Part shown: positions 1-13,408 of the stretch, one piece after another
Layout: every line of letters starts with the position of its first letter
Position numbering within the stretch: position 1 is the stretch's first letter
From: Macrostomum lignano
Taxonomy: Eukaryota
DNA length: 64,000 bases
Reading direction: 5' to 3'
NCBI GenBank assembly: GCA_002269645.1
Contig: NIVC01001020.1
Span: forward strand, 310,001-374,000
Notes under the pieces: generated by a model
Told to the model about the DNA's origin: nothing
Database searches by the model: none
What the model saw: only the letters and a program-made list of their open reading frames with translations
Made by a program: the position numbers and the translations under genes

Positions 1-1474
1 TAAAAAGGGGTCTTTTATTGTTGAAACTGAATCTAGGATTAATTTGATTCTACATAACATTATTTAATATGTAGGCCTATTCTATTGACACTGGCTGCTA
101 ACGCCTAGGCAGCTAGGCTCATATAGTATAGTAGAGATATATATTATTAAATTGACAAATTACAGTTTTAGGAACAAAAAGGCAGTTTTGTACAGCTAGG
201 CAAGCTAGGCCTAGCTACATACCTACACGGCTACAGGCACAGCCCAAAGGCTACATTCACTACAACTACAAATAACGCACGCAGTTATCTGAGAAGATTT
301 CTGAAAACATTGCTAAATTTTACTTGATTTTTTAGGAGTTTCTGGATCTGTACGTCAATGTTCCTTGACATGACCACTGACCAGTACCATGAGGGCAAGA
401 CATTAATTGTCGCAACATTTTTGGTTGTTTGTTTTATATTCAACTTCCACTTAACAACATAACTAATATACAACACAAAATTACGATAACAGTTTTTAAA
501 TTTGTAGTGCCGATTAAAACAAGGTTATACGTATTTTTTGTGCTGATAACTTTATGAAACGCAATAATAATAAAAAAGTATTTAAAGCTTATTAAAGCAA
601 ATAAATTAGCTGTTTAAAAAACTGCTGTATATAAATGTCGTTTAATCAGATTTTCAAGTTACATATTTTCTAAGAAAGCTTCCTTTATAAATACTAGGTA
701 GTGCGATTTGATTTGATTGTATTCTGCTCTCTTGGATTGTTGTTGATCTTTATCTTACTAAGCTGATTATGCAGTGTCGAGATTGTATCGTAACTTTCAA
801 AAAGAAAATCGAATTGATATCAGAAAATAATTTGCGTAAAACATCGTGAGCAGGAAAAAATAATGACGTTTTTACCCTCGTGTATTTTTGTGTCTTTGTT
901 TTTATTAAATCTACTTGCAAAACAAGTTATATATATTTCCTGTTTGTACATGACACTTCAATTTATAATTTTAAATATTTTTCTCAATCACCAAAAGACT
1001 GGAAAACTGTACAAATTTGTAATAGGTAAATTGAAACTATATCAGTTGGTAATGGTATAGTAGTGAATAGTGCATATACAGTACAATGTAGCAATTGGGA
1101 CTGGGTTACCTAGCAGTTGGCTAGCTAGCTAGATAGCACAGTTAATAATTGAATATTGCGAGCTATTTCTAATTTTGTGTAATTTTCACAAAAATACAAA
1201 AATTTAAATTCGCTACAAAATATTTTGTTAACTATGTGTATCCTATATACTAAAAATGAAAATCTTGCTTGTGTGCTTGTATTACCTAGAAGTATTTAGA
1301 TATAGTTTTAGATAAAACACAGCTTCATTGTACCTAAAAAAGTTGGCGTGACATGTAAAAGCACATCAATTGTGTGACGTCTTGCGTGCATGATTTAAAA
1401 AAAAGTATTTATCGGATCCTTATGCTAAACAATACATATTTCAGACCCTGGTTTATGATCAATCTGGGGCAATA

Positions 1475-2990
1475 ATGATGGAAGAGCTTCCAAAGTTACC
1501 ACCCCGACAATGGGTATCAGTGTCTCAGCATGCACCAGAGGAAACGTTCACGCTGGCCTCTTACAACATTTTATCGGAACAGCTGCTCAGAAAATCGTCA
1601 TATTTTCACAAGATCAAACCGGAGAATTGGAATCGTGATGTGCGTCACCTACGGCTAATCACTGAACTCGAAAGTCTGAACACCGATCTACTCTGTCTGC
1701 AGGAAGTCGACAGGGACTACTGGGTGCAACATTTGGAGACGGACTTGCGGCTGCGTGGATTCACAATCTGTGCCTGCAGTTGGCGCAGCGCTGCTCCAGT
1801 CGAAGGTGTCGTCATTTGTGCCCGAGACGCTACTCTCCGACGAGTAAACGTCGCCAAAGAGAGTTCGGGTTTGAATGACGGCGGCTGTCTGTCAGATTTG
1901 GTGACGGCTCGATTGCTGAATGCCCGACAGCCAGACTTTGAAGCGCTCTCTGAATACGCATCGGCACCGCAGCGGTATTGCCTCCTGCGACTCGAGCATA
2001 GGGCCACTGGGCGTCAGTTGACTATCGGTAGTGCTCATGTTAGTTATCAAAGACCTCCGAAGCCAGACCTACGAGCAGCTCAGGTGCGTTAATGTAGCTC
2101 ACCTATAGACCTACATGTCAGCTACCTCATGCTAACCTCAGGCGATAGTGACTATGAGATTGCATACTAATAAAGTGTACACCAAAACTATATAAATGCA
2201 TAATTACAGTTGAACTATACCTGAAATTTAAGAATGGGGGGCAGAACAGCGATAGACCCCACGGTACAGAGTGTGCATGCCGGATGATGCCAGAGAAATT
2301 CAGGGCCAATGTAGCTCGTATGAGCGCAAATTTGCCTTGAACCTCGGAATCTCAGAAATTCCTTTTAGTTGTTGGCATCCCAGCGTTCCCCTGAGCTTAA
2401 GCGGAGAAACAAAAACGACTCTGCCTTGTGGGTTACATAGAGTTGCTGTATTCCCCCTTGATTCCAGTCCTAGGAGGCACTGTAACAAATTCAGACTGAT
2501 TATATAATTCCTTCTTAATCCCGCAACCAATGATTGCTAGGCCGTTGCCATGATTGCGGAGACCGCATCAGCCGCAAAAGGGGGTGCATTTTTGGTCTGC
2601 GGCGATTTCAATTCCACGCCAGACTCCCTAGCCTATCACTGCGTCGTGCGCAAGACAGGAGAGTACACCAGTTCTTCCTGGGAGTCTTTGCAGAAACAGC
2701 AGCTACCTTTGATGAAGGTTTTATTAGGCGAGTCTGGCAAGCAATTTTGCCGAGGACAAAGCATTTCCAGCGCCTATCTGGACGTACTTGGCAGCGAGCC
2801 AGCCTGCACTCTAAACCTGACCAACAACTCCGGCTGCGTTGACTTCATTTTCTACGAATTGCAACACCTGCGGCCCCTGGCTGCACTGGAGGTGCCGTCT
2901 TGGTACATTCAGCGGGACAAAGACTGCACACCTGATCACAATTTAGCGTCAGACCATTTGAGCATAGCTGCCAAGTTCTCGTTTGTTTAA
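1475..2990 (+). CDS. EEP (endonuclease/exonuclease/phosphatase) family, CCR4/nocturnin/Angel/PDE12-like phosphodiesterase; 2 exons (1475-2083, 2541-2990)
   Basis: Motifs SYNIL, CLQEVD, AHV, GDFNS, DFIFY and SDH are present in order. Donor CAG|GTGCGT at 2083/2084 and acceptor CTAG|GCC at 2540/2541 join in phase 0 (LRAAQ-AVAMIAE). A possible in-frame acceptor at 1444 means an upstream exon cannot be excluded. Confidence 0.88.
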
Positions 2991-3620
2991 ATTCGATAAT
3001 CAAAGTGACAACCACAAGCCTAATCTGTAATATTTGTTTTAATACATGCTTCATACCTTGATTACAACTTTAACTCTAACTGTAAATGAATGCTTTTTAT
3101 ACACCAATTTGAACCGATGCCGATAGTCTGAGAATTGTCTGCGTGGCTCTACACTTGATGATTTTTTTATTCACATAACAATGACAAATAATTGGTCTCA
3201 TCATTGATTTCCGTTATAACGTAGGTCTTATTGACAAAAATATTAAAAAAATGATTCAGTGATAATTTTAGCGACCTCTACCTGTCCTAAGCGATATTCT
3301 AAGAGTTTATGAGACAATTTGGGTAGGACAAGTTAAAACAATTGCTTAAGTTAAACAAAGATTCCTCATGCGACTGCCACATCATTCAATTGTCTGGACG
3401 GAATGAAGATCCGGTGAAAAATTAGCATTTTTACCTAAATACGAGTATTTGGTAACGCGTGCAGAAACTGTTTGACGCATAAACAATCTCAAATATATTA
3501 AACTCTGCCAGTTTAATTGTGACTAAAGTGTGACCGAATTGTGACCAGTAATTGTGACCAGTAATTGTGACCGAAGCAAACCATTCACGTGAGTAGCTCA
3601 CAATTTTGTCTTGAAAGTTG

Positions 3621-6600
3621 TCAGACAATCGGCTCCGGTTCTGTTTCGACCGGATTTTCATCGCTTCCTTGGACTCCCGTTGAGTTGATGTAGACAGGCG
3701 AGGCTGCCAGGTCGGCTCTGGGCCTCACCGGAAGCTGGCAGTAGTCGTAGATGGAGCTCTCCAGCTCATCGCCTCCCGACTCGAGCGTTGATGTCAGACT
3801 GAGCCACAGGCTGTCCTGGTCTGCTTCATACTCGAAGGTATTGTCAGAACTTCTCTCGCGGCGGCGGCCGCCACCTCGGCGCTTCCGACGACCCTCTGGC
3901 AGGGGTCGACGACGGCGCCAGCTGGCCAGACGCTGCAGGCACCGGTGGATCATGCGGTATTCACGAGCATCAATAGCCGCGTCACCGCCACATCGACGTT
4001 GGCGCCGTCTCACTACAGCGCACAGGTCGGCGTAGCCGTCCTCGATCAGCTGATGCCAGGTTTGCGCGGCGACAGCGAGGAGACCGCAGCGGCGCGTATC
4101 GGCGTCGACAAGAATGCACTGGCCTTCGACAGTGTCTCTAGAAGCAGCCGCTGTCAAAGCAGCCACAGCGTTAGCCAAATCGGCTATTGAAGAATCTTCA
4201 TCAAAGCTATCACCGTCAACTGGAGCAGATTTCCAGCTCAGCATCAGTAGCTCTATCTTTGATGATGCATCCTCTGTACCAGGAGTTGTTGAGCCTTGAG
4301 TTCGCGGGCGGATGATAAGCGTGCGACTATTGTGACTGTTTCTGGTATCGGCGTCAGGTTTGACTGCAGGAAAACTTATCTGCAAGTCGTTACAGGCATG
4401 ATATTAAAAAAAAGCGATGTCTTGGCTGAAGCATCCTCTTTTATAAAGATTGGAGCATCCAAACCTGTAAATCCGGCAGCTCAAGCGTCGGTTTCTGCTC
4501 GCCGCTGTCAGACGCCAGTAGTGCACTGGCAGGCAGCACTGACGCCGTGTTAGCGGCTGAGCTGTCCAGAATGGCCACTATGATAGCCTGCCGATGGAGC
4601 ACGTCGAGCCAGAAGGCGTTGCGACTGGCAGTAACTGCAGCAGCGTCGTCGGGCTTCACCGTCGATGGCGGTGCGAAGCAAAACACGACTTCTGCTTCTC
4701 TGTGGTTGTCGAAGGTGACTTTAGCGGTGCCGCTGACTGCTGCTGCTGACTTGGGCTCGTCCAAAACTGGTCCCAGTCGGGTCAGCAGGTCCAGCTGTTC
4801 CTGCAGTGCAGTCATTGCTGACGGCATCACACGGCGATCAAATGCTGCCATGAAGGCGTCAATGGCACTGACGGAGGGCACCGCTAGGAAGCTGCGTCTT
4901 AGGAAGGCTTCGAAAAGAGCATCGTAGAGAAGAGCGTACTGGCGAGCGTCGGGCAGGGCGTTTGGACGGCCCCGGCGGAGATCGCGAGCGCACTGTTAAA
5001 TCGGTGAGGGAAAATAGAGGTGCAAATACTTTGTTTAGTGTTTCATTTTCTGATATTTTCTTTCCTGACTGTACAGTCTCACCTTGCAGACGCTGACACT
5101 GCCGTTCTCTCGTGCCGCCTGCTGCAGCAGCCAGTCGAGTCCGATAAACACGCAGGTCGCTCCGATGCCTGTTCGGCAGTGCACCAACATCGGACCGTCC
5201 TCAATTCGAGCAGCCGACCGCACAGCGATGTACATGGCCACCAGACCAGGGTGTCGGCTGCTCGACAGGCCAGCTGGTAGTGGGTCACCCGCATTCCGTT
5301 GACTCTCAATCGGGTGACGGTGAACTCGTGACGTCGCTGTCGAGACTCACAGCGAACGGTCACGCCGCCTATGCTTAGAGTCTGCCCAGCCGCCTCAGGC
5401 CAATATTGAAATGCCAGATGCTCCTGAAATCAGGATCGAATTGGTTTATCACATGTAGTTGAATTAGGATATTTGATGTAACCTGTAGTTCTCTCTCACC
5501 TGACTTCCACCAGCTGCCACCACCTGAGCAACATTCTGCTCCAGCACGGCTCTCCAGAGCAACTCTGCCGACCTGTCATCCATAGGTGACTGAGCAGCAA
5601 TGTAGGCGTCCCGTCTGACATATCCCTTCATTACTGACGCATTGTAGTATGCATCTTCGTCTTCTTTGAAGGTCACTCGATTGTAGTCGTAGGGGAAACA
5701 CAGCGGAGTGGCGTTCTTCGACGCGTTCTCCAACCGCCTGGCGACTTCGCACGGTCTGTGCGGCTGGTGACCGCGCGGCAGCGAGTCGAATTCAGCCTGG
5801 AATGTAGCGGAGGAAGTTTCCGTTGACCGGTGAACTCACACACCTTCAGCCAGGTGTGCATTTATTCTAGCTTTCTCATTGCCAACGGAACTCCCGTGAG
5901 TTCGCTCTCACGAGAGGGATACACTCATACTTCTAGTATTTTTTGTCACCTGGAAGCTCAGCTGGCCATCAGATTTGGTCAGATCGGCTGTGCCGTGAGA
6001 ATTATCCGGAGTAGCAGATGACGCAATCGGACCGCTTAGCACTGGTCGACGCGGCTCGATAAGGTCCGTGATCGGAGTCCAGTAGCGCGCCGACCTGGGC
6101 TCGGCCAAGCTCACCTGACCCCCCATAGTTGTCATGGCAACACCAGGCGGCGGTAGCTTTTTCTCGCTTGGAAATCGTCCGCGCAGCCGGCACCACAGCA
6201 CCGCGGCAGCGATGCAGAGTGCCAGAAAGAGAACAATGCAGAGAGCCACGATGAGACCCATGCTGTCTGCTGGGCCAGGCGGAGCGGAGGTCGCTGCAGT
6301 TGTCGGTGGCGAAGTGGCTGAACTTGTTGCTGAAGTATCCGCTACAGTGGAACTCGCTGAAATCGAGTGCATGAGTCGCAGAGTTGTACGCTAGTGTCAA
6401 AGAAAATTCATACACTGTATTGAATAAATAAACCTAGATAACTTTTTGTCTAGCCCATTCAAAGCGTGCTCTTTTGCTTGGAAAATAAGCTCGTAAGTAA
6501 AATCTCACGAGTTTCAGAAGTTGTTGCCGCGTCTGCTGTTGTAGTCGCACCATCAGTTGACGGTTTGTCTGTAACTGTAAAGGTGCGAGATGAGTCAAGT

Positions 6601-8292
6601 CAAACCATGAGTTCTCGTAGATAATAACTAATCACAATATACTAAATCTCTAATAATAACTAACGATTGATTGCACCTGCCCTAATGGGCAGGCTGAAGG
6701 CTGCGTACGGCTGTTCAGTCCAAGGACTGGGATGTCACAACACACACCCTCAATTACCCAGCTAATGCTGGCACCCATTTTACAGCTGGGTGAACTGAAG
6801 CAATGCAGAGTTTAGTGTCTTGCTCAAGGACACAAATTGTTTCGAGTGGGTCGAGAGTCGAACCCCCGACCTTCAAGTCGTGAGTCCGACACTCTAGCCA
6901 CTAGGCTACCTCGTTGAATAGTAAACATATTTGCAAGCGATGACACAACAGTAAAAACTACGCCTAACTGAGTATTCAGATTTTGCTAAACTCCAAAAAA
7001 TCAAATAATTTAACCAATTGAATTTGAACATCAGTTATAGAGGACTCGCTGCGCAACTGTATAAATCCAATCAAGATAGAAAAACTGTGGCCTTGAATTT
7101 CTGCAGTAAATCATAATCACCCTCTTTAATTTTGTTGAACGATTGCAACAGTAATACGAGGACAACAAAATAACAGTACAGAGCTCAGATGCGGCGTTAC
7201 CTTCTCTATCTGTAGTTACTGAGGAACTGCTCAAGGTCGTGGTGAGTGCTGTTTAATCAAGAAAATATAGCACATTTCTCTTATCTTTTCTGAGGATTTT
7301 ATCCTTTAGGCGAAAAAACTGAATATAAAACAGGATTAACTGTATCGTACTTGTTGTCTGAGTAGATGTTGATGAACCTGGAGTTGTGCCTGAAATTTGG
7401 TAGACAAAAATTATCCTTCTATTTAATGGTGTCCTCTGGCCCCTCGATTTCCCAGGAAAACAAACACATGGCATTTCCACACCGCAAGCTGCCTTATCAC
7501 GGGGTGTAACCAGGAATTTTGTTCTTTTAGTTGCTCATATTTGAATGGTCATTCAACCTCCTGCAGGGAGGTACTACATGATATCCAGAGGATAAAGGGT
7601 CGCCTTGTCCAAACCTCTGGCTACGCCCCGACTTACAGCATTCAGTTGTTGCCATTTCCAAAAATGTTTACCTGCGCAATCGACGCTGCTGGCAGCGCTG
7701 GAGTTCCCTGGCGGCGCGAATCTCTCGTAAAAGTCCACCGATCGGTAGAATATCCGAACGCGGAACTGATGCTGCAGGGATGGATCAACGCTGCCGACAT
7801 CGACCCAGGCCTGGTGGGGAGACCCGGTGACATTCGCACGCTCCGTCCACAGGTCCCGACCGACCACGGCCGACTCAATCTGGTAGAAGCCGACATTTCC
7901 TACTCCAACGTCAAACGTTGAGTTGAACGGTCGGAAAGCGACGAGAAACCTGCCGCAGCCGGACTCCACAATCCAGGGCGGCGTTGTGATCTCCGGCATT
8001 CTCACATGGCAGCTGCTCTCCGCCCACCTGGGGTCGCAGCCGCTCTGGCAGTTGCCGTTCTTCCTGTCGCAAACTTCGGTGGCGTTGGCGCAGTGGCACC
8101 GCAGGGCGCAGTTGTAGGAGAACCAGTTCGGCTCACAGAGCGCGTTGCACAGCGGCAGGTTCTTCCAGCCTTTCTGACACCGCACGGTGCAGCCACCGTC
8201 TGTGGAACTGTTGCAGTTGGCTTCAAAGTCGCAGTGCTCCGTGCAGCTGAGGTTGCAGCTGGGACCGAAGCTGCCGCTGCTGCAGGCGGCGA
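3621..8292 (-). CDS. Receptor-type protein tyrosine phosphatase-like protein (EGF-like Cys repeats, FN3-like domain, S/T stalk, TM, degenerate PTP D1 and D2); 5' exon(s) not resolved
   Basis: Exons reconstructed by hand with matching phases: 8292-7672, 6356-5950, 5796-5500, 5423-5083, 4992-4465, 4379-3621. PTP hallmarks are AEFDSL..KN, PYDYNRV, YYNAS, YIAAQSP, QYWP, VHCRTGIGAT and LRRGRP..QYALLYDAL. The TM segment is GLIVALCIVLFLALCIAAAVLW. One frameshift falls within about 5290-5240. Confidence 0.82.
6650..6912 (-). mobile_element. tRNA-derived CORE-type SINE (copy 1)
   Basis: The minus strand has A-box TAGCCTAGTGG, B-box GGTTCGACTC, then GTCCTTGAGCAAGACACTAAACTCTGC...CAGCTGTAAAATGGG, which resembles the MIR/CORE domain, and an AT-rich tail. 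A second copy is at about 30847. Confidence 0.8.
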
Positions 8293-9366
8293 CTGCAGGA
8301 TTGACGCAGCGATCAAAAAGTTGCATTTGAACTCGATTGATTATGCAAAAATTTGGAATTCGGGCAATACTGTACGCAGGCACACACTCATACACTCGCT
8401 CACACAGGGTGAACAGGACTTTCTAATTGTCAGGAATGTACACTCTAATCGAACCACTGTCTTACCGTCTTGTGTCCTAATTTTTGGCAGTCAAATCGCA
8501 ACGGCACAATCAATTTGAGTTCTTAATAAGACAAACTCACAGCTTTTGGAATGAACGCCCGGAAGCAGAAACCCCAGACAGAACAGAAGACAGCAGGTGG
8601 TTGAGACGGTCAAACTTCTTGAAGAGACCACCTGCATGTTCGCCGTTTGCTTCAACAAAGCCAGTTGCTAACCGGCAACAAATTCTTTGTCTGTTGACCA
8701 GGACTTTTTGCAGCCAAGCTGACTCACTATAGCTCAGCTGGAGTTTGTGTTCTGCTTTTGGGCGGGAAAGACAGACAGTCTTATCAGCTGGCCTTATCAA
8801 CACGGCGCTCGCGATTCCAAGACTCAGGTCGGAGTAATTCTCGATGCGAAACAGCAAATCAACGCGTATCCTAGCAACGCGTGAATGCAATATCTGTCCT
8901 CAAGAAAATGACAAAATTCGGCAAAAATTCGACTTGTGAATTACTCGTATTTCACTAGCAAATTTATTTTTTGGAACATGCATCCAGCAACAAGCAAAAA
9001 AATTAGACAAAAGCACATAATTTTAAATTTGTACACGCAATCAGCAAAACATGTATCCGATGGTTAGAAAGAATTTCAACAAAGTTAGGCATGTAAATTT
9101 ACAAGTTATCGTTTGGAATCTTGAGTCTATATTTCTACGAAAATATGAATCGTAATCGATTTCCATTGCGATTGAATCAGAATGCGTCAAGTTCTGGAGA
9201 CATGAAGGACGTCTCACATTCGGTGTCTGAAAGGCGAAAAAGTTTCTGAAGTTTTTGGCTTCTTATCTGGCCTACATATAAATTGGCCTTAGGCTAACAT
9301 TTGCCTCAAAAATTGCGCATTAAATTCTCTAGTATCCTACTTATAGTAAGCGATATTGATTTTATT

Positions 9367-10050
9367 CTAATTTTTGTACACGTCGCATCGCGTCTTACAC
9401 TGAACCTCCTTGCCGGGATTCACTTCGTATTTCGACGGTTTTTTAAGTCGTTCCAACAGAGTCCGGCGAATCACGGCGGCGAACACCAGCCCGACGCTGA
9501 CGAGCAAAGCGCTAGTCAGAATGATGCCGATCCGAGAGAAGCTGTCGCCTTGGTAACCGGGGGTGCAATTTTGCTTTAGATGGAAGCTTTTAGTATATAG
9601 GACTAGCAATCAGCGCCCCCCGTTGGGAAGCTCACAAATAATGGAATATTTTTTGAATAAACTACATGTAGCTTCTAACCTCTCAGCCTTGACATCTCAG
9701 CAATTCCCCCGTCAGCCTTGACATCCCAGCTATTCTACCCAAGAATCCCATAATTATAGCAATCAATGCACACGCTCACACAGGATGCACAGCAGCCTTG
9801 ACTTTCCAATCGTCAGGCATGTATCCTGAGATACTTTACGCAGACACGCACTGGCACACTTGATCATCGAAGCTCACTGTTGTACTGAAAGCAGGAATTG
9901 TCCTCCTTGTCCATCGACTCGTCGCTCAGGTCCGGACACTGGGCCAGGCCGTCACAGCTGGCCGGCTTCGGGATGCAGATTCGGCTGCTCCGGCATTTGA
10001 AGTCTTCGCAGAGGTGCGCTGTCAGAGAATCAGAGGTTGCAAGTTGTTCA
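9367..10050 (-). CDS. 3' exons of a single-pass membrane protein with an LDL-receptor class A module
   Basis: Exon about 10050-9878 encodes CEDFKCRSSRICIPKPASCDGLAQCPDLSDE (LDLa pattern). The exon ending at 9367 encodes the hydrophobic IGIILTSALLVSVGLVFAAVI followed by RR and a short tail. Splice phases between the two exons do not reconcile, so the gene model is incomplete. Confidence 0.55.
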
Positions 10051-10685
10051 CTGCAACACAAAGAACAAGTAAAAGAACCACGTACCGCCTTCATGCCTCA
10101 TTCGCTGAGTTTTGCAACAGGGCTCCTGTCTCTACTTCGAAGTGCATTTACATTAACTCTATTCATATTTTTGTCCTTGTCCGAAGTTCCAGACTTTCAC
10201 AACACTAAATGCACACAATGATCTTTTCTAACTAGCTGAGAGGCACAAGTTTCCTGTGCATGAATGAATGAATGAGCCACGACCTTGGCTCAGCTCTCTC
10301 TCTCTCTCTCTCTCTCTCAGTCAAAAGGTTTTTGTTTGTTAAGCAAAATACACCATGGCAATTCGTGCTTTGAACTGAAAGAAAACACAGGTCAGTTACA
10401 GGGTAAGACTGCATCCCTGTTTACCCCACTGTCAATCCCATGTTGAGCTCACTAAGAGTGCACGGCCAGGATCGATTGCAGCTCGCTTTGATGCGAGACT
10501 GAGTCCCAATCGATTAGAGACAAAACATGCTCAGGTTTCACTGAAATCAGGCCGGAATTCTCACTAAATTGCATGTGAGTATATGGCATTAAGTGACAGT
10601 GCAAGGTCGCTGCAGGGACTCGGGTTACTGCTCCACTTTCTCTCCATGGAAACTCAAGTGCACTCGCTCTTCAAGCATGTGTTTC

Positions 10686-11669
10686 ATTCAGTGCCTCACT
10701 GCCAAATCAGTGCCTCAGTGCCAAATCAGTGCCTCAGTGCCAAATCAGTGCCTCAGTGCCAAATCAGTGCCTCAGTGCCAAATCAGTGCCTTAGTGCCAA
10801 CTCAGTGCCCCACTGCCAAATCAGTGCCTCACTGCCAACTCAGTGCCCCACTGCCAAATCAGTGCCTCACTGTCAACTCAGTGCCTCACTGCCAAATCAG
10901 TGCCTCACTGCCAACTCAGTGCCCCACTGCCAAATCAGTGCCTCACTGTCAACTCAGTGTCTCACTGCCAAATCAGTGCCTCACTGTCAACTCAGTGCCT
11001 CAGTGCCAAATCAGTGCCTCACTGCCAAATCAGTGCCTCACTGCCAACTCAGTGCCCCACTGCCAAATCAGTGCCTCAGTGCCAAATCAGTGCCTCAGTG
11101 CCAAATCAGTGCCTCACTGCCAAATCAGTGCCTCACTGTCAACTCAGTGCCTCAGTGCCAAATCAGTGCCTCAGTGCCAAATCAGTGCCTCACTGTCAAC
11201 TCAGTGCCTCAGTGCCAAATCAGTGCCTCAGTGCCAAATCAGTGCCTCAGTGCCAAATCAGTGCCTCACTGCCAAATCAGTGCCTCAGTGCCAAATCAGT
11301 GCCTCACTGCCAAATCAGTGCCTCACTGCCAAATCAGTGCCTCACTGTCAAATCAGTGCCTCACTGTCAAATCAGTGCCTCACTGTAAAATCAGTGCCTC
11401 ACTGCCAAATCAGTGCCTCACTGCCAAATCAGTGCCACACTGTCAACTCAGTGCCTCACTGCCAAATCAGTGCCTCACTGTCAACTCAGTGCCTCACTGC
11501 CAAATCAGTGCCTCACTGCCAAATCAGTGCCTCAGTGCCAAATCAGTGCCTCACTGCCAAATCAGTGCCTCAGTGCCAAATCAGTGCCTCACTGCCAAAT
11601 CAGTGCCTCACTGCCAAATCAGTGCCTCACTGCCAAATCAGTGCCTCACTGCCAAATCAGTGCCTCACT
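10686..11669. repeat. 19-bp minisatellite (TCAGTGCCTCACTGCCAAA)n, about 50 copies
   Basis: Direct reading. The overlapping ORFs 10583-11726 are just translations of the repeat. Confidence 0.95.
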
Positions 11670-12720
11670 CCCGCACTTACGCCTGTAAAACGCGGCCGCA
11701 GTGAGCAGCAGAGGATCTGCTTTTAGCGAGTTCGAGTGCTGCTGAAATTCGGCCGGCTCAGCGCTCGGTTCCGCCTGGCTAAGCAGTCTCACGGACAGGC
11801 TGGTCTGGAATATCTCCCTCGGCCAGCTGCAGACCGACAGCGATTTCTAAGAAATGGTTGGTGAATTCCGGAGCTACTATTTTTAAAGGCCGTCCTGAGA
11901 GAAGCTACGGTGCTTTAAAAGAAATGGCTCACATTATTAACCAGGTCGTCGATTTGGATTGACAGCCGGCACACGAGATGCCTGTTCACGATTCGGAACA
12001 CGAAGTTTTCCGCGCGCTGGCCGAACTGCGGGTCCGGAGTTAGCAGCACCGAGCAAGCTGCCGCGTCAGGCTGCGGACCTGCTGACGAAGAGTTCTGCGC
12101 CAGCTCGAACGTGACTAATGAGCTTTCTACGGGTAGCCAGGTACAGTTCTGATGAGGCGTTGTCAGGAATACTGAAATTTCGGATAGAAAAGGATATATT
12201 TACGAGCGTATGTTGCAATGGGAGGGGCATGAGACTTCCTGCCTTCTCGCTGCATGTCAACGGGTCGGCAGCATCACACCTGCCGATATTATTATTCACA
12301 ATCAGGATTCTTTGCTACCAGGGCGCGTCTTGAGCCCGCGCAGCAATCGGTTGCGTATGGTTTCCCCAGGACAGTACGTTCTGCTACAGTAAAGTGCATT
12401 TTCGGTTTTGAGACATGCAGTACGCTCGTTCGCGAGGACCCATGAGCGGATCTAGTCAGCAGAGACAAGCGCGGATGCATTCGTTCTTGAGATTATTAAG
12501 ACAAATCAACCACTGCATAATATGCGGACCATGCAGTCGATGCTTCATCTTTTATGAAATACAAATGCCAGCTGTGGCTGAATTTTCATCAGTCACAAAG
12601 CATCCACAGCCGGGAGCCATGAAACCTCATTCAGTTTGCTTTCGTATTTCTTCTTCTCTTCTCTTTGCTTTCAATAAACCTATAGTCTAACGTTGTGCGA
12701 AGATCTTTTCTTTATTTTTA

Positions 12721-12912
<192 letters not shown>

Positions 12913-13408
12913 AATCTGGCATACAAATTGTGTTAAACTGTGTGCAAGGCAATTCTATCCATTTATCACAAGCAGGGAGCCTCATTCAAGTTCCTATCAT
13001 GCCTCGGGACTTTTTGTCAGGCAGCCGTGCTTAGCAGAGCAGTGTCACGCATCTGCCTTCCTGCCCCGGCCAGACTGGCAATGCCACAGCAGTCCTGGGC
13101 TCAAAGGCAAACCAGAAAAAATCTCTTCATCAATGGAAAAAGAAACGAGAGAGGGATGCAGATAAGATGAGGCGCGCGGATGCTGGGAAGAGAGAGAGGG
13201 GAAGCTAATTGGGAACTGCAGAGCTGCCGGACAAAAGGCCCATCAGCTCATTACTCAACTGGCCTGTGCAGGTCACCTGCGCACTGAGCACTCAAAGGTA
13301 TAACTAAAAATTAATCAATTTTCTGCGGCTGCAATGCAATGCATGAATTCGTCCCTACGCAATGTGAAAGTTCATAAATCCATAAAAAACAACTATTTTT
13401 TTACTGTG

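Noticed and set aside
6830-6912. tRNA gene
   Set aside because: A- and B-boxes are present but are followed by a CORE-like domain and tail, with no clean cloverleaf. Interpreted as a SINE head.
8537-8890. 117-aa ORF as the first exon of the PTP-like gene
   Set aside because: No recognisable domain, no in-frame ATG with a signal peptide, and no convincing splice partner. Left unassigned.
10583-11726. Cys/Gln-rich repetitive ORFs of 373 and 377 aa
   Set aside because: They are products of the 19-bp repeat. All frames give permutations of the same peptide.
11681-12400. Possible SEA-like or TSP1-like upstream exons of the LDLa gene
   Set aside because: It looks coding, but the fragments fall in different frames with stops and I could not build a consistent splice model.
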